Below are positions 37,001 to 49,900 of a stretch of DNA of 64,000 bases, piece by piece. The position numbers were made by a program, and so were the translations under genes. The notes beneath the pieces were generated by a model, which worked only from the letters and a program-made list of their open reading frames with translations, did no database searches and was not told where the DNA came from. Source of the DNA: Yuukianura sp. NJ FZ-2021 (lineage: Eukaryota). The stretch covers positions 9,796,001-9,860,000 of the forward strand of contig CM102289.1 of assembly GCA_046563655.1 (NCBI GenBank), written 5' to 3'. Numbering within the stretch: position 1 is the first letter of the stretch; every line of letters starts with the position of its first letter.

Positions 37001-40000
37001 TGATTGACTCTGACGCAGTGAATGGTGGAGGTAGTGGTGGTGATGGTGGTTCGGTGCTTCGAGTCCAGTGTGTATAAGAATATTACTTCCATCAGCTAAC
37101 GAAAAATCACGTAGGAGCACTAATGAGCGTTGCATTGATATTTCTGCAATCAAAACACACAACACAAACAATTATACATCAGATTTTTAGTCATTTCTAC
37201 CCAAACATTCTTAAAATGCAAAGAAACAATAGATTTTTTAAGTTTTGAAAATACACTTTTTTCCAAAAAGTAAAAAGCTAGAAAGTTAGAAGGTGTGATG
37301 TTGTTTGAAAAATACAATACTTTGGAATTTTTGAAATTCTGCATAAGTTTTGAAAATACACTTCTTTCCAAAAAGTAAAAAATTTTCCCGCTGAAAAGCA
37401 GTGGAGATGATGTACAGTTAGTTTTCCTGATTTCTTGATTTACTTTAAAAGTGATTGCGGCGTTGCCACAAATGTTCATAGTGTAATAAATTATTTCAAC
37501 TTTCTCTTTTGTTCTGTTTAAAATTCTGGCCAACCCACGCGGGAATTTGAGTCTCCGAGAACTTCACACTTACAATTTTTAACCTTTGTTGAGTTATGCT
37601 AAAAAGTGTGAAAGTCATAAATTAAAAAGGACAGAGGAAAGGTAAAGCGGAAATTCAATTGAGAGAAGTCTCTCGCTTCTCCCAACCACAGAATCTCTCT
37701 CGGCACTTTTAAAATCTCCAACAAACACTTTTTTGCACAGATTCTGCGTCGTTGAAGGGGCAAAGTGAGACAGAGGCCCATTAGACCTCATAAATCAAAA
37801 GGAAAGTCTTCTTGCCCTCCGAGCAAAATCAGGGAGAAAGTTAGCCTTCACTCCCATGCCATCCTACTTAGTCAACTTCAAGGGCCCTCCCCTGAAGGGG
37901 TCACTAATGACCTCCATCCAACTCCTGTCCATGACAACTTCCTTTTCAAAAATTTTCTTAAATTTTCGAATTTCCAAAAATTCGATTTTGAAAAAAGAGA
38001 AAGTGAAAGTTTACCTAGAGAGTCAAGGCAGCAAAGGAGAAGGTGCCAGAGCCGCTCGAATTCCACTCTCTCTTTCTCCGCCCATCTCTGACTGCAAGTG
38101 ACAAAAAAATAAGTTAGTTAAAGTTAGTTTCATACAAATTTTGAAATTAGGGCTTTTTATAGTGTGTTTTTGGCGTTTAGCAGTTTGGACGTTGAATATG
38201 TTGAAATGGATCAATTGAAATTGGGTGTTTAAATTGTTGATAGAGTGGATGAGGGTGTGTTTTGTGTGGCTTTATTGATTAACAATCACCTTACGACTCA
38301 AACTTAATTTGACTCGTTTCCAACTTATTATCTGCTTGACGACAAGAAGACAAGAGTGCCAATGTCATATTTTTGTTACGCCAAAACACACTTCCCGCCC
38401 ACGCTCCCACCAACCACAAACTAAGCAATCCAACTTTCGCTCTACTTTCACTCTGGTTTTACTTTCAAAAATAATTTTAATTGAACTGCGTCATAGCCTA
38501 TTTTTTAATTGAAAAGGTTGTAGACTGTAGAGTCTATTTTTATAGACTTTCGACGTCATAGACTATTACAAAGTGCTTACAAGCCTAAACGCAGGTGAAA
38601 GTTGGAATTGTTTTGATTCTGAAAGTTGCAGTAATGAATTGCGTAGGTGGATAGCGCAAAACGCTCTTTTTAAACGATCCACTTGGAATTAAATTTTTTT
38701 TTTTGCAGAATTCACATTTCTTTGGTGAACTAGACTGCTGCAAAGTGAGAAATTTTTGGTCAGTCAAAGCAGAATTTCTGAGTTTCTGAAGAAGATTTGT
38801 GAGTTTTTTTAAGTGCGCATGGTTCGGAGAAGGAAATGGGCAATTGTTTTGATTAGAACCCACTTCCGAGTCCTGGGAATTGGCAGAACTGAAACAGCAA
38901 GGCTGGAGTTCCTTGACTCAAGTCTTAGAGAAGAGAGAAAATAAGGAGAAAGTGTTGTTTTTGCTTACTCCAAGAGAGTAGGTTGGAGAGTGGCTCTGAC
39001 AGCAGCAGCATCTTCCACTTCAAAGTGCCTGCAAAAGGAACAAAATTAATCAAATCACAACATTCAAAGATCATCTTTAAAAAAATTATCTTTTCAGAAA
39101 AAAAGTTTGCTCAAGCTCAAAATAAGAAAAAGGGAATCTCATTTTCATGTAATTTGAACAATCCCCGAACACTAATTTTTTGAAATGTGGTCTTTCTGGA
39201 TGAAAAATGAGCAGGTTTTGAAAATTTTTTGAATAAAGTTGTTAATTTAAGACAGTAATTTGAGTATATTTGCCTTTTTAGAGTGTTTGCTGCTGTGGCT
39301 GCAGCCTCTTGAGCAGTTCTTCTGGCTCTCCGCAGCTCATCACGCAGATTGGGTCCATCTCCAGAGCCACCGAGAAGTGCTGCCAAGGAGACGTGGGATG
39401 CTACTGCCCGATTCAGTCCTCGCACCAACTGAAACATCAATATCAACGTCAGCATCATACTTCCCACCACATTTTTCAATACTTCCCATTATTGCATTTC
39501 TCTAATATTTCCCATCATTTTCTCCACATACTTCCCAGCATCCCAGCATTTTCTCTACATACGTCCCAGCACTTTCTCTAGAACAAACACAACGTTCCTG
39601 GAACTGGAACTCAATCGATAGAGATACCCACACCAAATAAATTGAGAACTGAGGTTGAGCAGGAGCTTAAAAGCTTCAGATTCACTCCTTACTTTCTCTT
39701 TTTATCTCTTTAGCACTTTCTCTCTCTTTTCTAGACCAAATCCAAACCTCATCTAGCTAATAACCACCACAAAGAAATCAACCAATCAAATCTCTTCCCT
39801 CAAACTCACTTTCACTTCCAACTTTCCACTCCCTCTTCAAACAAAAGAAACTTTCTCTTTTCTCTTTCAATTTTCATCAAAGTGAATACAAAAGAACACA
39901 CTACGGGGAAAGAGAGAGAAAGAAAAGAGGAACTAATTTTCCAAGAATTTAATTTACGAAAAGTTTTGTTCTTTTTTTGGAGTTCCCTGGTGGTTGGACC

Positions 40001-41749
40001 ATCCTGTCAACTTGTGCTTTTTAATACTGATGAATGACACAATACGAAATTAAAAAGATACGCAGCTAGAAGGTTCATCCTTTTCTCAAAATTCGTCTAT
40101 CTGACAGATTTTGCAACGAAAGCAACAAAATCACCGTGATTTTGTGCGAAAACCGAGAAAATCTGCCTGATTCTGTAAGAAATGAGAATTGGGAGAAAGT
40201 TCTCGTTTTGGGGAGAAAGTGATTGATGGCGTCAAGGGAACGCTCCTTGCTGACTAAACTTCCTTTTGTCCTCGTTTTCAAAAATGGGGGAGCATCTTCA
40301 TTAGTCATCTTTCCTGTAAAAGTGATTCAAAGTACTAAAGAGACTATACTTCCTTCACCTGCATTGCGCCAAAACTCTACTAACGTTAAAGGGTGCAAGT
40401 GAAATTGACAAAAAAAAAAGTACTATAAAGGACTAAAATGATGGCGATAACAAACAGAATTGTCCACTTCCCGCACTTGTCAACTATCTTCATTGTTCCC
40501 TCCGAATCTACCAGACTATAGTTTTTAGACCTTGATTCGATAGACTATGATTCTAGAGTCTATAAGTTCTATTGGTCTATTTAGTGGATCAGTTGGCAAA
40601 AGACTAACATGTTAGGGTGGAATTGATTGTTGGTCTCAGGAGAAAGTCTTTGTGTGGCAGTCAGAAGTGAGAGTGGACTTAATTAAAATCCAAAGTGTGT
40701 GGCTTCCAGCAGCGGAATGAAACAAAATTAATTTTGTTTTAGTGGAATCCACACCACAATTTAGTAATAAACTTTCAAAGACACTGCGAAACACTTTCTA
40801 CAACTTAAGAAAAAAGTCAAGAAAGTTCGTAGTGCACAACACACGCGATGTTCCCTTTTTCTAAAAAGTTGTTCGACTTTCTGCTGGTGCCATCAAACTT
40901 TTCCAAATTTTGGTTTCACTCTGGCCCAAATTGAAGTTGTTACTTTTTTGTAGCAAGAAAGTGAGATTGTCAATTGTTTTGGAAATTAATGGAAGTTTGA
41001 GGATGAAATTTAATTTTGAGTGGTCAAGGGCCAGGAACAGGTTGGAGCATTGACATGGACGTTATTGATTGGTTTCTTGTTGCTGGAAAAGTGTGTCTCA
41101 CGTACAGGGTGACAGGTACATTGAGTGATGGAATTCGTCAAGTGGGCCGATATAACTCTCACTTTCTAAAAAGTGAAAGTTAGAGTAAGGTTTAAGTCGG
41201 GAGTAGGTTGAAGCCACACCTAAATTCCAATTAAAACTTTTGCGAAAGAAAAAAGTTTGGAGGAGGCTCATGACGAGTGCTGAGCTCAGGTTTATTTCAG
41301 GCAATTAACTACGACTTTCTCTCTTTTCCAGCCTCTGGACATGAATACCAAGCTTCCCAGTTAGGCTAACATTAGGCTAAGGTTAGGCTAAGATTAGGTT
41401 TAGAAAAGAAAGGCCTTACTTTGATGGCTTCAGTCCTAACGGGTGAATCCGCCAATTCAGAAGACTCACAACGGCGTGGAGGACCAATGTTTCTTAGTCG
41501 GAGGGACGTGCGATGGATTGAAGTAGAGTGCCACTGGGAGTCAGAAGGGGGGCCCTTGAGTCTTTTGTGGAGGGACCCTGAAGGGAGCCTGTCACGGCCA
41601 AAGGACGATGACCTGGCAGAGGTCACGGAAGAGTCACACACGGGGTCTGGGCTGGACAGGGGTTGAGCGGGACATGGGCCAGGCAGACTTTCTAGTCGGC
41701 TAGAGTCATCGTCTACTCGGCTAGCGACTCCACCTTCCCTCCTCCACAT
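34055..41749 (-). CDS. RGS9BP: RGS9-binding protein (R9AP) / R7BP-family SNARE-like RGS anchor with C-terminal transmembrane helix; start codon uncertain
   Basis: Minus-strand exons 41749-41420, 39428-39274, 39028-38969, 38091-38015, 37143-36909, 34662-34416, 34168-34055. Motifs EAIKLVRGLNRAVASHVSLAALLGGSGDGPNLRDELRRAR, EFERLWHLLLCCLDSLEISMQRSLVLL..F...LIHTG parallel R9AP (GGSAD..NLR.EL, EFERLW...CLD.LE..M.R.L.L, RTG). The last exon in the spliced frame reads AEAITGAQRRCICWILTIMISAFVLAMLIGVFVALFS*. Confidence 0.8.
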
Positions 41750-44700
41750 GAACAGATCTAAAAAACACAAATTTTACAATTAGTTATATTTGATGAATCA
41801 CAATTAATTACATTTAATTCTAATTTCAATTAATTACAAAAACTAAAAATTGCAAGTACAAGTAATCCACACTCAATTAACAAACAAACACAAACTATTC
41901 AAAACTTTTTGTTAATTGCTGAGCAGGTGAAAGTACACGTCAACAAGCGGACGTGTTGACTTTTGGACTGATGGGCGTACACGTACACGTCTTGTGTACA
42001 CGTACTTGGAATCAAGACGTAATTCTTGTTTGAATCACGTCAAACGCACACGTCATTTTTACATTATCTGAACCCGGAGATTTTACGCTGTGAACAAGTT
42101 AAAAAACAACTTCCGCAGTTCCTGCATCTCGTCCAGGAAAAAATTTGCTTTCAAAGTCTACAAAAATATGGATTTTGACGCACGTAAAAAGAGAAAGTTC
42201 AACTTTTACTTCAAAGCAAAAAAAAAATTACAAAAAGTTCAGCAGGTCTAAAAAGACACAACGGAAGAAATTGGATTTTGACTTGAAAAAGAACAAATTA
42301 AAAACGGAATCTTTTTTGTTGCTTTCTTTTTAAACAAAAAACTTTTCTTAAAAAATGTTTCACAGCTTGAAACATGAAACTTTCGCACAACTTTTGACAT
42401 TGTTATAAAAATAATTCCCCGGAGTAGTTGCTGCATGAGGTTGTTAGTTTCAGTGCGAATTGTAAAAAACGAAGCCTCTAGGTATGCAACTTGATTCCTC
42501 TGAAATCCACACCACCCAAATGTTGCTCAAACATCCACACTCACATTCAATTCCATTTCAAAAACTTTTTTAAAAGCTACAAAATACTTTTTCTTGTTTT
42601 TCAAAACAGCTACAATATTCTTCTAGTGATGGAAAATCTTTGTGATTTGAAACAGGAACCAAAAAAAAAACGAAAGACTTTTGAAGTACATTTTTTGAGC
42701 GAGCGTGTATTTTTTGTGTAGGAAGAAATAATTGAAGCCACGCGATGGGGAGAGGTTTGTGCCAAAGTGGGTTTGATTTTGGCGGGAACTTTTGTGAGTG
42801 AAGGAAATGACGGAGTTCCGTGCAGAAACGGAACGGAGACTACCAAGATCAAAGCCAACGTTTGACATCTTAATTTGAAGGGACGGATGTCGGTCCTTAA
42901 AGGGACGAACAAACGACAGGAATTTTATTGGATCAAACGAACACACTTCCTCCTCAAACTATTGCTAAGCTAAAAGCTCCTAACAGCATTTCAGCAGCAT
43001 CTTAGCAGTATTTCAACAGTATTTCAGCAGCATTTAAGAATGCTTCTTATTTAGAGGTAATTGCGGAGAAGTAGTGAAAATTAATTGGTACTCGGAAGAA
43101 AATTAAGAAATATTGAGTTGCAAGAGAAAGCCAGGAAAAGCCTTATTGGAGTTCAAAAAAAAATTGGAAATCTTAACAAAAAGAAACGAATTTTTGAGTC
43201 CGTCCAAAAATCATTTTTTTTAAGAAACTCCACTTTTCATATCCGGACGAAAGAATTTTTTTAAACATAATTATTATTTGCGTGTGTTTAGTTTTTTAGT
43301 TTAGTGAATGCTGAAATACTGCGGTAGTAATACGTTATACGTTACTAAAAATTAAATACTATAAAAGTACTAAAAGTTCTATTTTATTTTAGTAGATTAA
43401 TGTGTAAATGAATTGAAAAAGTAATTGGATTACCGGAAGCCTAGAAGGGGATAGAATTCCACCATAAGGGTTCACCCTTCCTCCGCTCCTCCTGTCACTT
43501 TCATTCACTAATCCACCGATCCCACTTCCAGTGGCATGTGGGGCCCTTGAAGGGCCTCTCCCGGTGGGGCCTTGAGTGGAGCTCACCAAGTGGGTACTTG
43601 AAGGTAAAGTCCTTGAGACAATGTCAAGGGTCGTCGACACTACACACTCAATCGATAGGCAGACGAAGAAGACGAAGGGATGCATGGACATGTCACACGG
43701 TGTCAACCTTAGTTAGGAATTCCAATTAACACACTTTCAGAGGTCACTTACACAGAGGTCACTTAAGGGCTCACTTCCACTGAGGTCACTTAAGGGCTCA
43801 CTTGAGGGTTTGGAATTGGAACACTTTGGAAGTGGAAGAATTCTGTCCGAAATCCCATTTCTGACGCTGTTCAGCATTTGTCCAAAATTCAGTATGAACC
43901 TAAATACTGTCAGTACTTAGCCTAAAAAATACTTCACATTACTTTTTAAACAAAATTGGAGATGGGAAAATTGAAAGTTTAAATTTTAAATTTTAAATTG
44001 TTGTTGGTTGGATGCGTGGAGGTGAAAGTACGGGGAAAGTGCAAGTATTTCTTGTATAGTTTGGGACAGGGTGGTGCTGGTCGTGTGCTCAACAAGTTCA
44101 GTCGTGACTGTGTGAGCCTGTCCATGAAGCAGCAGAGGCTGAGCCCAAAAACTGCCAGGAGAAACTTCGCGCAAGAAGAGCGTAGCTTCCAGCGCATGCG
44201 CAAGTGAAACTTTCTCCAGGCGCCTTTCTCCAGGTTAGACTGAGAAGTTGTGCTGGAAGACGGTGTGGGAATCGCTGGAAGCTGCTGGAAGTTGGCTATA
44301 ATCCTTCCTGGGCTCATCGATCGCTCCAAGTGAGAGGAATACCTTAGAAATGGAAATTCAACTCCCACACTTTCGTTACACTCCGTAATGCTTTCTTTTC
44401 AAATCCGGTTCTGCCACTTACTCAACTGAAATGGAACTCACTTTGAGTTATTCTGGAAGAGCTAAGAAACCAATTAACAACTTCATGACTTCCATTCTTT
44501 GTCTTCCATTAGTCTTTTCATTACCTTGATTAAAAACATTTCTGAAAACATCAAGAACTTGAAAAAGGTATTCGGAAATGGGTCAGTTGAAAGTTCAACA
44601 TTCCACCAAATTGAATAATCACAAACAAAGAGTCGCTCATGTTTTCCTCTTGCAAAAATCCTCTATTTTTCTATCCTGAAAAACGCTTTAAAATTAAGTT

Positions 44701-45262
44701 AGGCATTAGCTGAATATTATTCAAAGTTGTATAAAATTAATTCACGAACGATTTTTATCAATTTAAATAAGTAGAAACTGGGAAATAACTTTGTGAATTT
44801 AGAACAACTTTGTGCAATTTTAAAATTTCGAAATTTTGAGACCTGAAATCAAAAAATCAACGAATGAATTTTTTTAACGGATTGAAAGTGGATCGGAGAA
44901 AGTAAGAGAAAGTAGTTTGTAATTTAAATTCTAAAATTAAATCAAAATTTTGGAATTAAAATTTGCCCATGTATGTCGTATAGGGTGACAGGCAGCTGAG
45001 GAGGAGCTGTTAGTACGACCGCGAAAAATTTGAATTCAGCTTTATTGCAGAAAACACACACAAAAAGAGAGTGGAGGAAAAAAACATAAACATTGAACTG
45101 GAATTTAATTTAGTAATTAGTTGATCAATTAGTGGATGACTGATTAGTGATTAACTAATTGACGAGGTGAGATTCTATTGTTGTATCTGATACTCTTTAG
45201 TATTTGTGTTTGATGTCAACCAACCTGTGATAAATCTAGGTAAGGATTCTTCATAAGTGAGG

Positions 45263-46515
45263 ATGAAGCAAAGAGGAAGTGACTTCAAATCACCGGATAG
45301 TCCAGGCAATGCCAAGAAGAAGCGACGAACGTCAACTGCTGGCCCTGGCCCACCCACAACTCCACCAGCATCGCAAGCTCCACCAATGACAGAGTTTATT
45401 CCTCCGCCAATATCCGGTAAGTCACCGATTGTGTATTCTTTCTAAAAACGTTTTTATGATTTGGGATTTTGAACGTTGTGTTGTCGTTTTTAGGATACGG
45501 AGAATCGATTGTTGCTTCCAATCCGTTTGACGATGCTCCTCCAATGCGGCCAATGCCTCCAATGCCAAACAGGGGTGGTCCCTCTCCACAGCTGAACATG
45601 GATATGTGTTCTCCACCAATGATGCCACATCACATTGGCAGCCCAGCTCCAGATTATCCGTTTCCTCCAAGACAAATGGGCCCTGGACCACCACAGCATA
45701 TGGGTACTCATGGTCATTGTCCTCCGCAGCAACACAGGGGCATGGGAGGGCCTGATCAGATGGGGGTACCGATGGGAATGGGTCCTGGGCCGATGGGACA
45801 CCCAATGGGAGGACATGGTGGGCCAATGGGGCCTGGACCGATGGGGCAAGGTCCGCCAATGGGTCACGGTGGGCCGATGTCTCATGGGGTGCCGATGGGA
45901 CAAGGTGGAATGGGTGGGGGGCCAATGAAGGGGGGTCCGGATCAGATGGGGCCAAATCCGGGTGGAATGCCTCCGAATCCGCATGGGATGAACGGAATGC
46001 CAATGCCACCGGGAATGAGCATGGGCGGAAATCAAGGATGGAGTGGACCGGCTAAACCTCTTCCGATTCAAAGTGGAAAAGTAAGAATGTGTTTACTTTT
46101 TAAACAATTAAGCAATATCGATATTTCAAAATTAACATAGTTTTTATAATTACTGTTTTTGGTTTACAGATTTATCCTCATGATCAATCTCTGATCCACA
46201 ATCCACAGAATCCGAACGCTCCACCAATCTACCCTTGCGGAGCATGTCACAAGGAAGTGCATGACAATGATCAAGCCATTCCGTGTGAATCAGGTTGCCA
46301 TTTCTTCTTCCACAGGTAAGGGATGCATTATTTACTAATTTAGAATTTACGTTTAAATCGAAGGTTCGTTTACAAGAATGGAAATTGTTTTCAGAGCTTG
46401 CACTGGTTTGTCCGATGTTGCCTATCATCTACTCATGAAAGAAATTTACGCAGAGTGGGTTTGCGAAAATTGTTTGGCAAATAGAAGTGTACCGCTCGTC
46501 AAATACAAGCCATAA
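45263..46515 (+). CDS. pygo: Pygopus (Wnt enhanceosome component; NHD with NPF motif, C-terminal PHD finger)
   Basis: Exons 45263-45416, 45494-46080, 46170-46315, 46395-46515. NLS KKKRR, IVASNPFDD, G/P/M-rich linker, GKIYP...NPQNPNAPPIYPCGACHKEVHDNDQAIPCESGCHFFFHRACTGLS..AY.LL.KE.YAEWVCENC. Confidence 0.95.
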
Positions 46516-46998
46516 AGTACACACAACTCTCATTTTTCAATAATTTTAACGTAACGATATCCCCACTCCGATACCCTTTCGATATCTCGAATCCGATAAC
46601 TTATCTATTATCCCCACGCGGAAACCTTATCGGTATCTCCAATCCGAAACTTTCCAATTTCAGAGATATTTAGCTAACTAGAACAACTTTTTAAGAAAAT
46701 CTGAAATATTGCTAATCTTAATCTAATTATGCAGAAATAGGAATTTGACCCCGCCTCTTTTTAGTAAAACGTATTTTTTATTTATGACAAAACAATTTGA
46801 ACGGACGAGCGTTTTTCTTTTTGAAATAACGTAACAGATTTTGATTGGTAGATGCTGGAGTAGTTGTGTTAATCTTTGAACATTTTAGTTACCTTTGTCA
46901 CATGGTACCTCCGTATTTCCGTGCCGGAGGTGCAGTCCCTGCGCAACAACAGCAAACAAACGTTACAAAAAGTTTTAGTGCGAAAGGTTTCGCATATT

Positions 46999-49900
46999 TT
47001 ATGAACTTTTGTGTTTACCAATGCGGATCCCAGTGAGCATGAGAGATGACTGTGCTTGTTGCATTGGTTGTGGTTTGGAAAGTTTAGTTTTTGGATGTTT
47101 GGGTGACATTTTGACCCCATCTTGACCTCCATGGCCGAAGTAGTTGATTGGTTCGAACATTTGCGTGAGTGCGGCAGTCGGTAGTCGCACTTTTGGAGCC
47201 ACACTGCTGCCACGGACGTTGCCACGGCGCTGTTGTTGCCCGGCAGTCTCTCCTACTGTGAACACTTTCTTAATTTTGGACTTTGCCGGTCCAACGTCAT
47301 TGTAAATGGGATGTCCAGTGACAACGGTCGTCTGGGCAGGAAGCCAAGCAGTCTTCGGAGGAACTTCCGTGCCGAAGGGACCATTTTGAGGGTACCCCAA
47401 CTTCCATGGACCAGCTTCTCCATCCAGAGACTTCTGGAAAAAGTTAGGATAAGGATAGTAAGGATAACGATAATAAGATAATAATAGGAAGGATAATGAT
47501 AGTAAGATAATGATAGGAAGGATATTGATAGGATAATGATAGCAAGGATAAGTTAGGATAAGTTTAGAAATACGTATTGAGCAGCAGTATTTCCAGTATT
47601 TCTGAAGTCAGCTGCTTGTGTCTTGTACTTAGTTGCTCCAGTGAGGTTGTTGTTTTGAAGAAAAGATGGCGGGTGGGTTGGAAAAGCAGTTTTGGGTGGA
47701 ACGTATGATGGCTTCACTCCTGTTGGTTCCTGTACAACAGGATTGTAGAATCCTGTTGTGCCTTTGCTAATGTCATAGCGATTCCAGAGATTTGTGGTTG
47801 GTTGTTTGAGTGGAGCAGACTCTCCATGGAACGGAGCCATTGAATTCAGAGGCACAGAGTTGACCAAAGATGAACCGGTGGCAGTAGTTTCGTTTTCTGG
47901 ATTGACGGCAGTATTTTTGCGTGCCTGTGCGTTGTTCAAGTATTTCCGCATCTGAGACATGATGGTGTATGAGTTGTAGGCGTCTGGTTGTGATGGAAAC
48001 TTGTCTTGTGGAACGGTCTGGAATGGATCCATTCCATTTGTGGATCGATCCACTCCTGGGCCGAAAACTTGACTGCGACGAGGAGCAGCAGTTTGGTAGG
48101 ATTTTGTCACTAGCGGAGGTGTCATGGTGTCGTCACGGTCAATTGCTGTTGCCACCATTCGATCAATTGGTGTTGCCACCATTCTGTCAACTGGTGTTGC
48201 CACCATTCTGTCAATTGGTGTTGCCACCGTTCGGTCAATTGGTGTTGCCACCATTCGAGTGCGAGCAGAGTAGGGTTCTGTGGTGTAGTTCCCATTGACA
48301 TCCAGGTCATTCTTATCCGAGTCGCGATGCAAATCTGGTGCACTGAAAGTAAAAAGTGTTTGGTTTTTAAAATACAAACGTTTCCAAATCGTTTTTGAAT
48401 TTTTTTTGACAGTTGTTTTGTGGGAATTGGCTTTTACGCTGTTTGTGGTTTGCGTTGATACAAGTGAGAACCGGCAGCACTTTTGGGATTTTGTGTTGTG
48501 AAATTAGTGTTGTTGAATCCGTGCATTCGGCGGAAGATTCGTTCTTCCTCGGGTTTAATCGAACCGACTTGACACAGCAATTGGAATACTTGTGTTTCTA
48601 TTCCAAGGCTTCTGACAAGCATCTATTAATATATTATAATTTATTAATATAAAGTAATACTTACAAAATATATTTGATGAGATTAGTAAGTTACCCCACG
48701 GTGCATGATTCCTTTCATTCTGTCCAGTTCTTCACTTGGATCAATCGACTGAGGCTGGAAACTGTTTGCCACGAATGGACGAAACTGCAACACAAATTAA
48801 GTTTAGTTTAATTTTTATGAATGTTGGATGCTGGATAATGTTGACAGTATAATACTGGCAGTATAATGTTGCCGAACCTTTTTGACGAGTACAAGTTTGT
48901 CGGAGCTGACTCCAGATTCTGGACGCAGTTTGTCTTTGTCCTTCTGGAGCGGAAGATCTTTCGTTCCGGCCAACGCTCGCTTGATTTCTTCTTGTTGCTT
49001 CTTATGCTAAAAACCGAAGCCGGAATTTAGAAAAACGGAATTTTTTAAAGTTAGAAATTGTTTGTAAACTTAAAATTGAGTTGAAGTTTTTTGTTACATT
49101 GAAGTCTTGGATTTGGTTGCGTGTTAGTTGTGCTCTGGCTTGTGAAGCAGCAGTTTCAGCATAGAGTGAAGACATGTTCTGCTCAAAGTAAGTGTCGTAC
49201 TTTTCGGATCCACTTTTGGGGTAGATGAGTCTAAATCCACCGCTGTTCTCCGCTTCATAGGCAAATTGGGCGTCCAGGCATGTCCCACTTTCACTGTCCT
49301 TCTTTTGTCTGCCAAAAAACAGAATTTTGTAAAATATAGGCCAGGAAATACGGTAGTTGAAAATTCAAATTCAAAATTGAAATTGAAAAACGTTGAGGAA
49401 GTTTACTTGAGATTGCCGGAAGAATGCTTGACTAGGAGGCGTTCCTGGACACGTTTGCGATCAGCATGTTCCACTTTGGTGCGATCCAGTCGCTTGATGT
49501 TGAGCATTCGAACGGTATCCTGGACAAGTCCTTCCTTGATTTCCAAATCCAGACGAGCGTCGGTATGGAAACTTGGAGAATGATTGACCTTGAATCAACA
49601 CAAATTGAGTACATTGGCAGCATTTTGTGGTATATTGGCAGTATATTTATGTATTTTGCATACTTCCAGCACATAAGGTTTCAACTTGTGGTCCAGTAGA
49701 ATGTCGAATCCAAGGATTTCGAAACAGGCACTTGAAGTGTCGTGATTTGGAAAGCAGGTTCTGTAGTTGTGACGAAGAACAGGATGAGCAGAGATGATTG
49801 TTTTCATGATGACACTGTCAATCGACTCCACGAGGGCGTCTACATCGTAGTTTCTGGCTTCCAACCATCGGTAAACTGCAGTCAATTTACTGAAATTTAA

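Noticed and set aside
45422..46071. Long antisense ORFs (195 and 193 aa) over pygopus
   Set aside because: Shadow ORFs of a GC-rich low-complexity Gly/Pro/Met exon.
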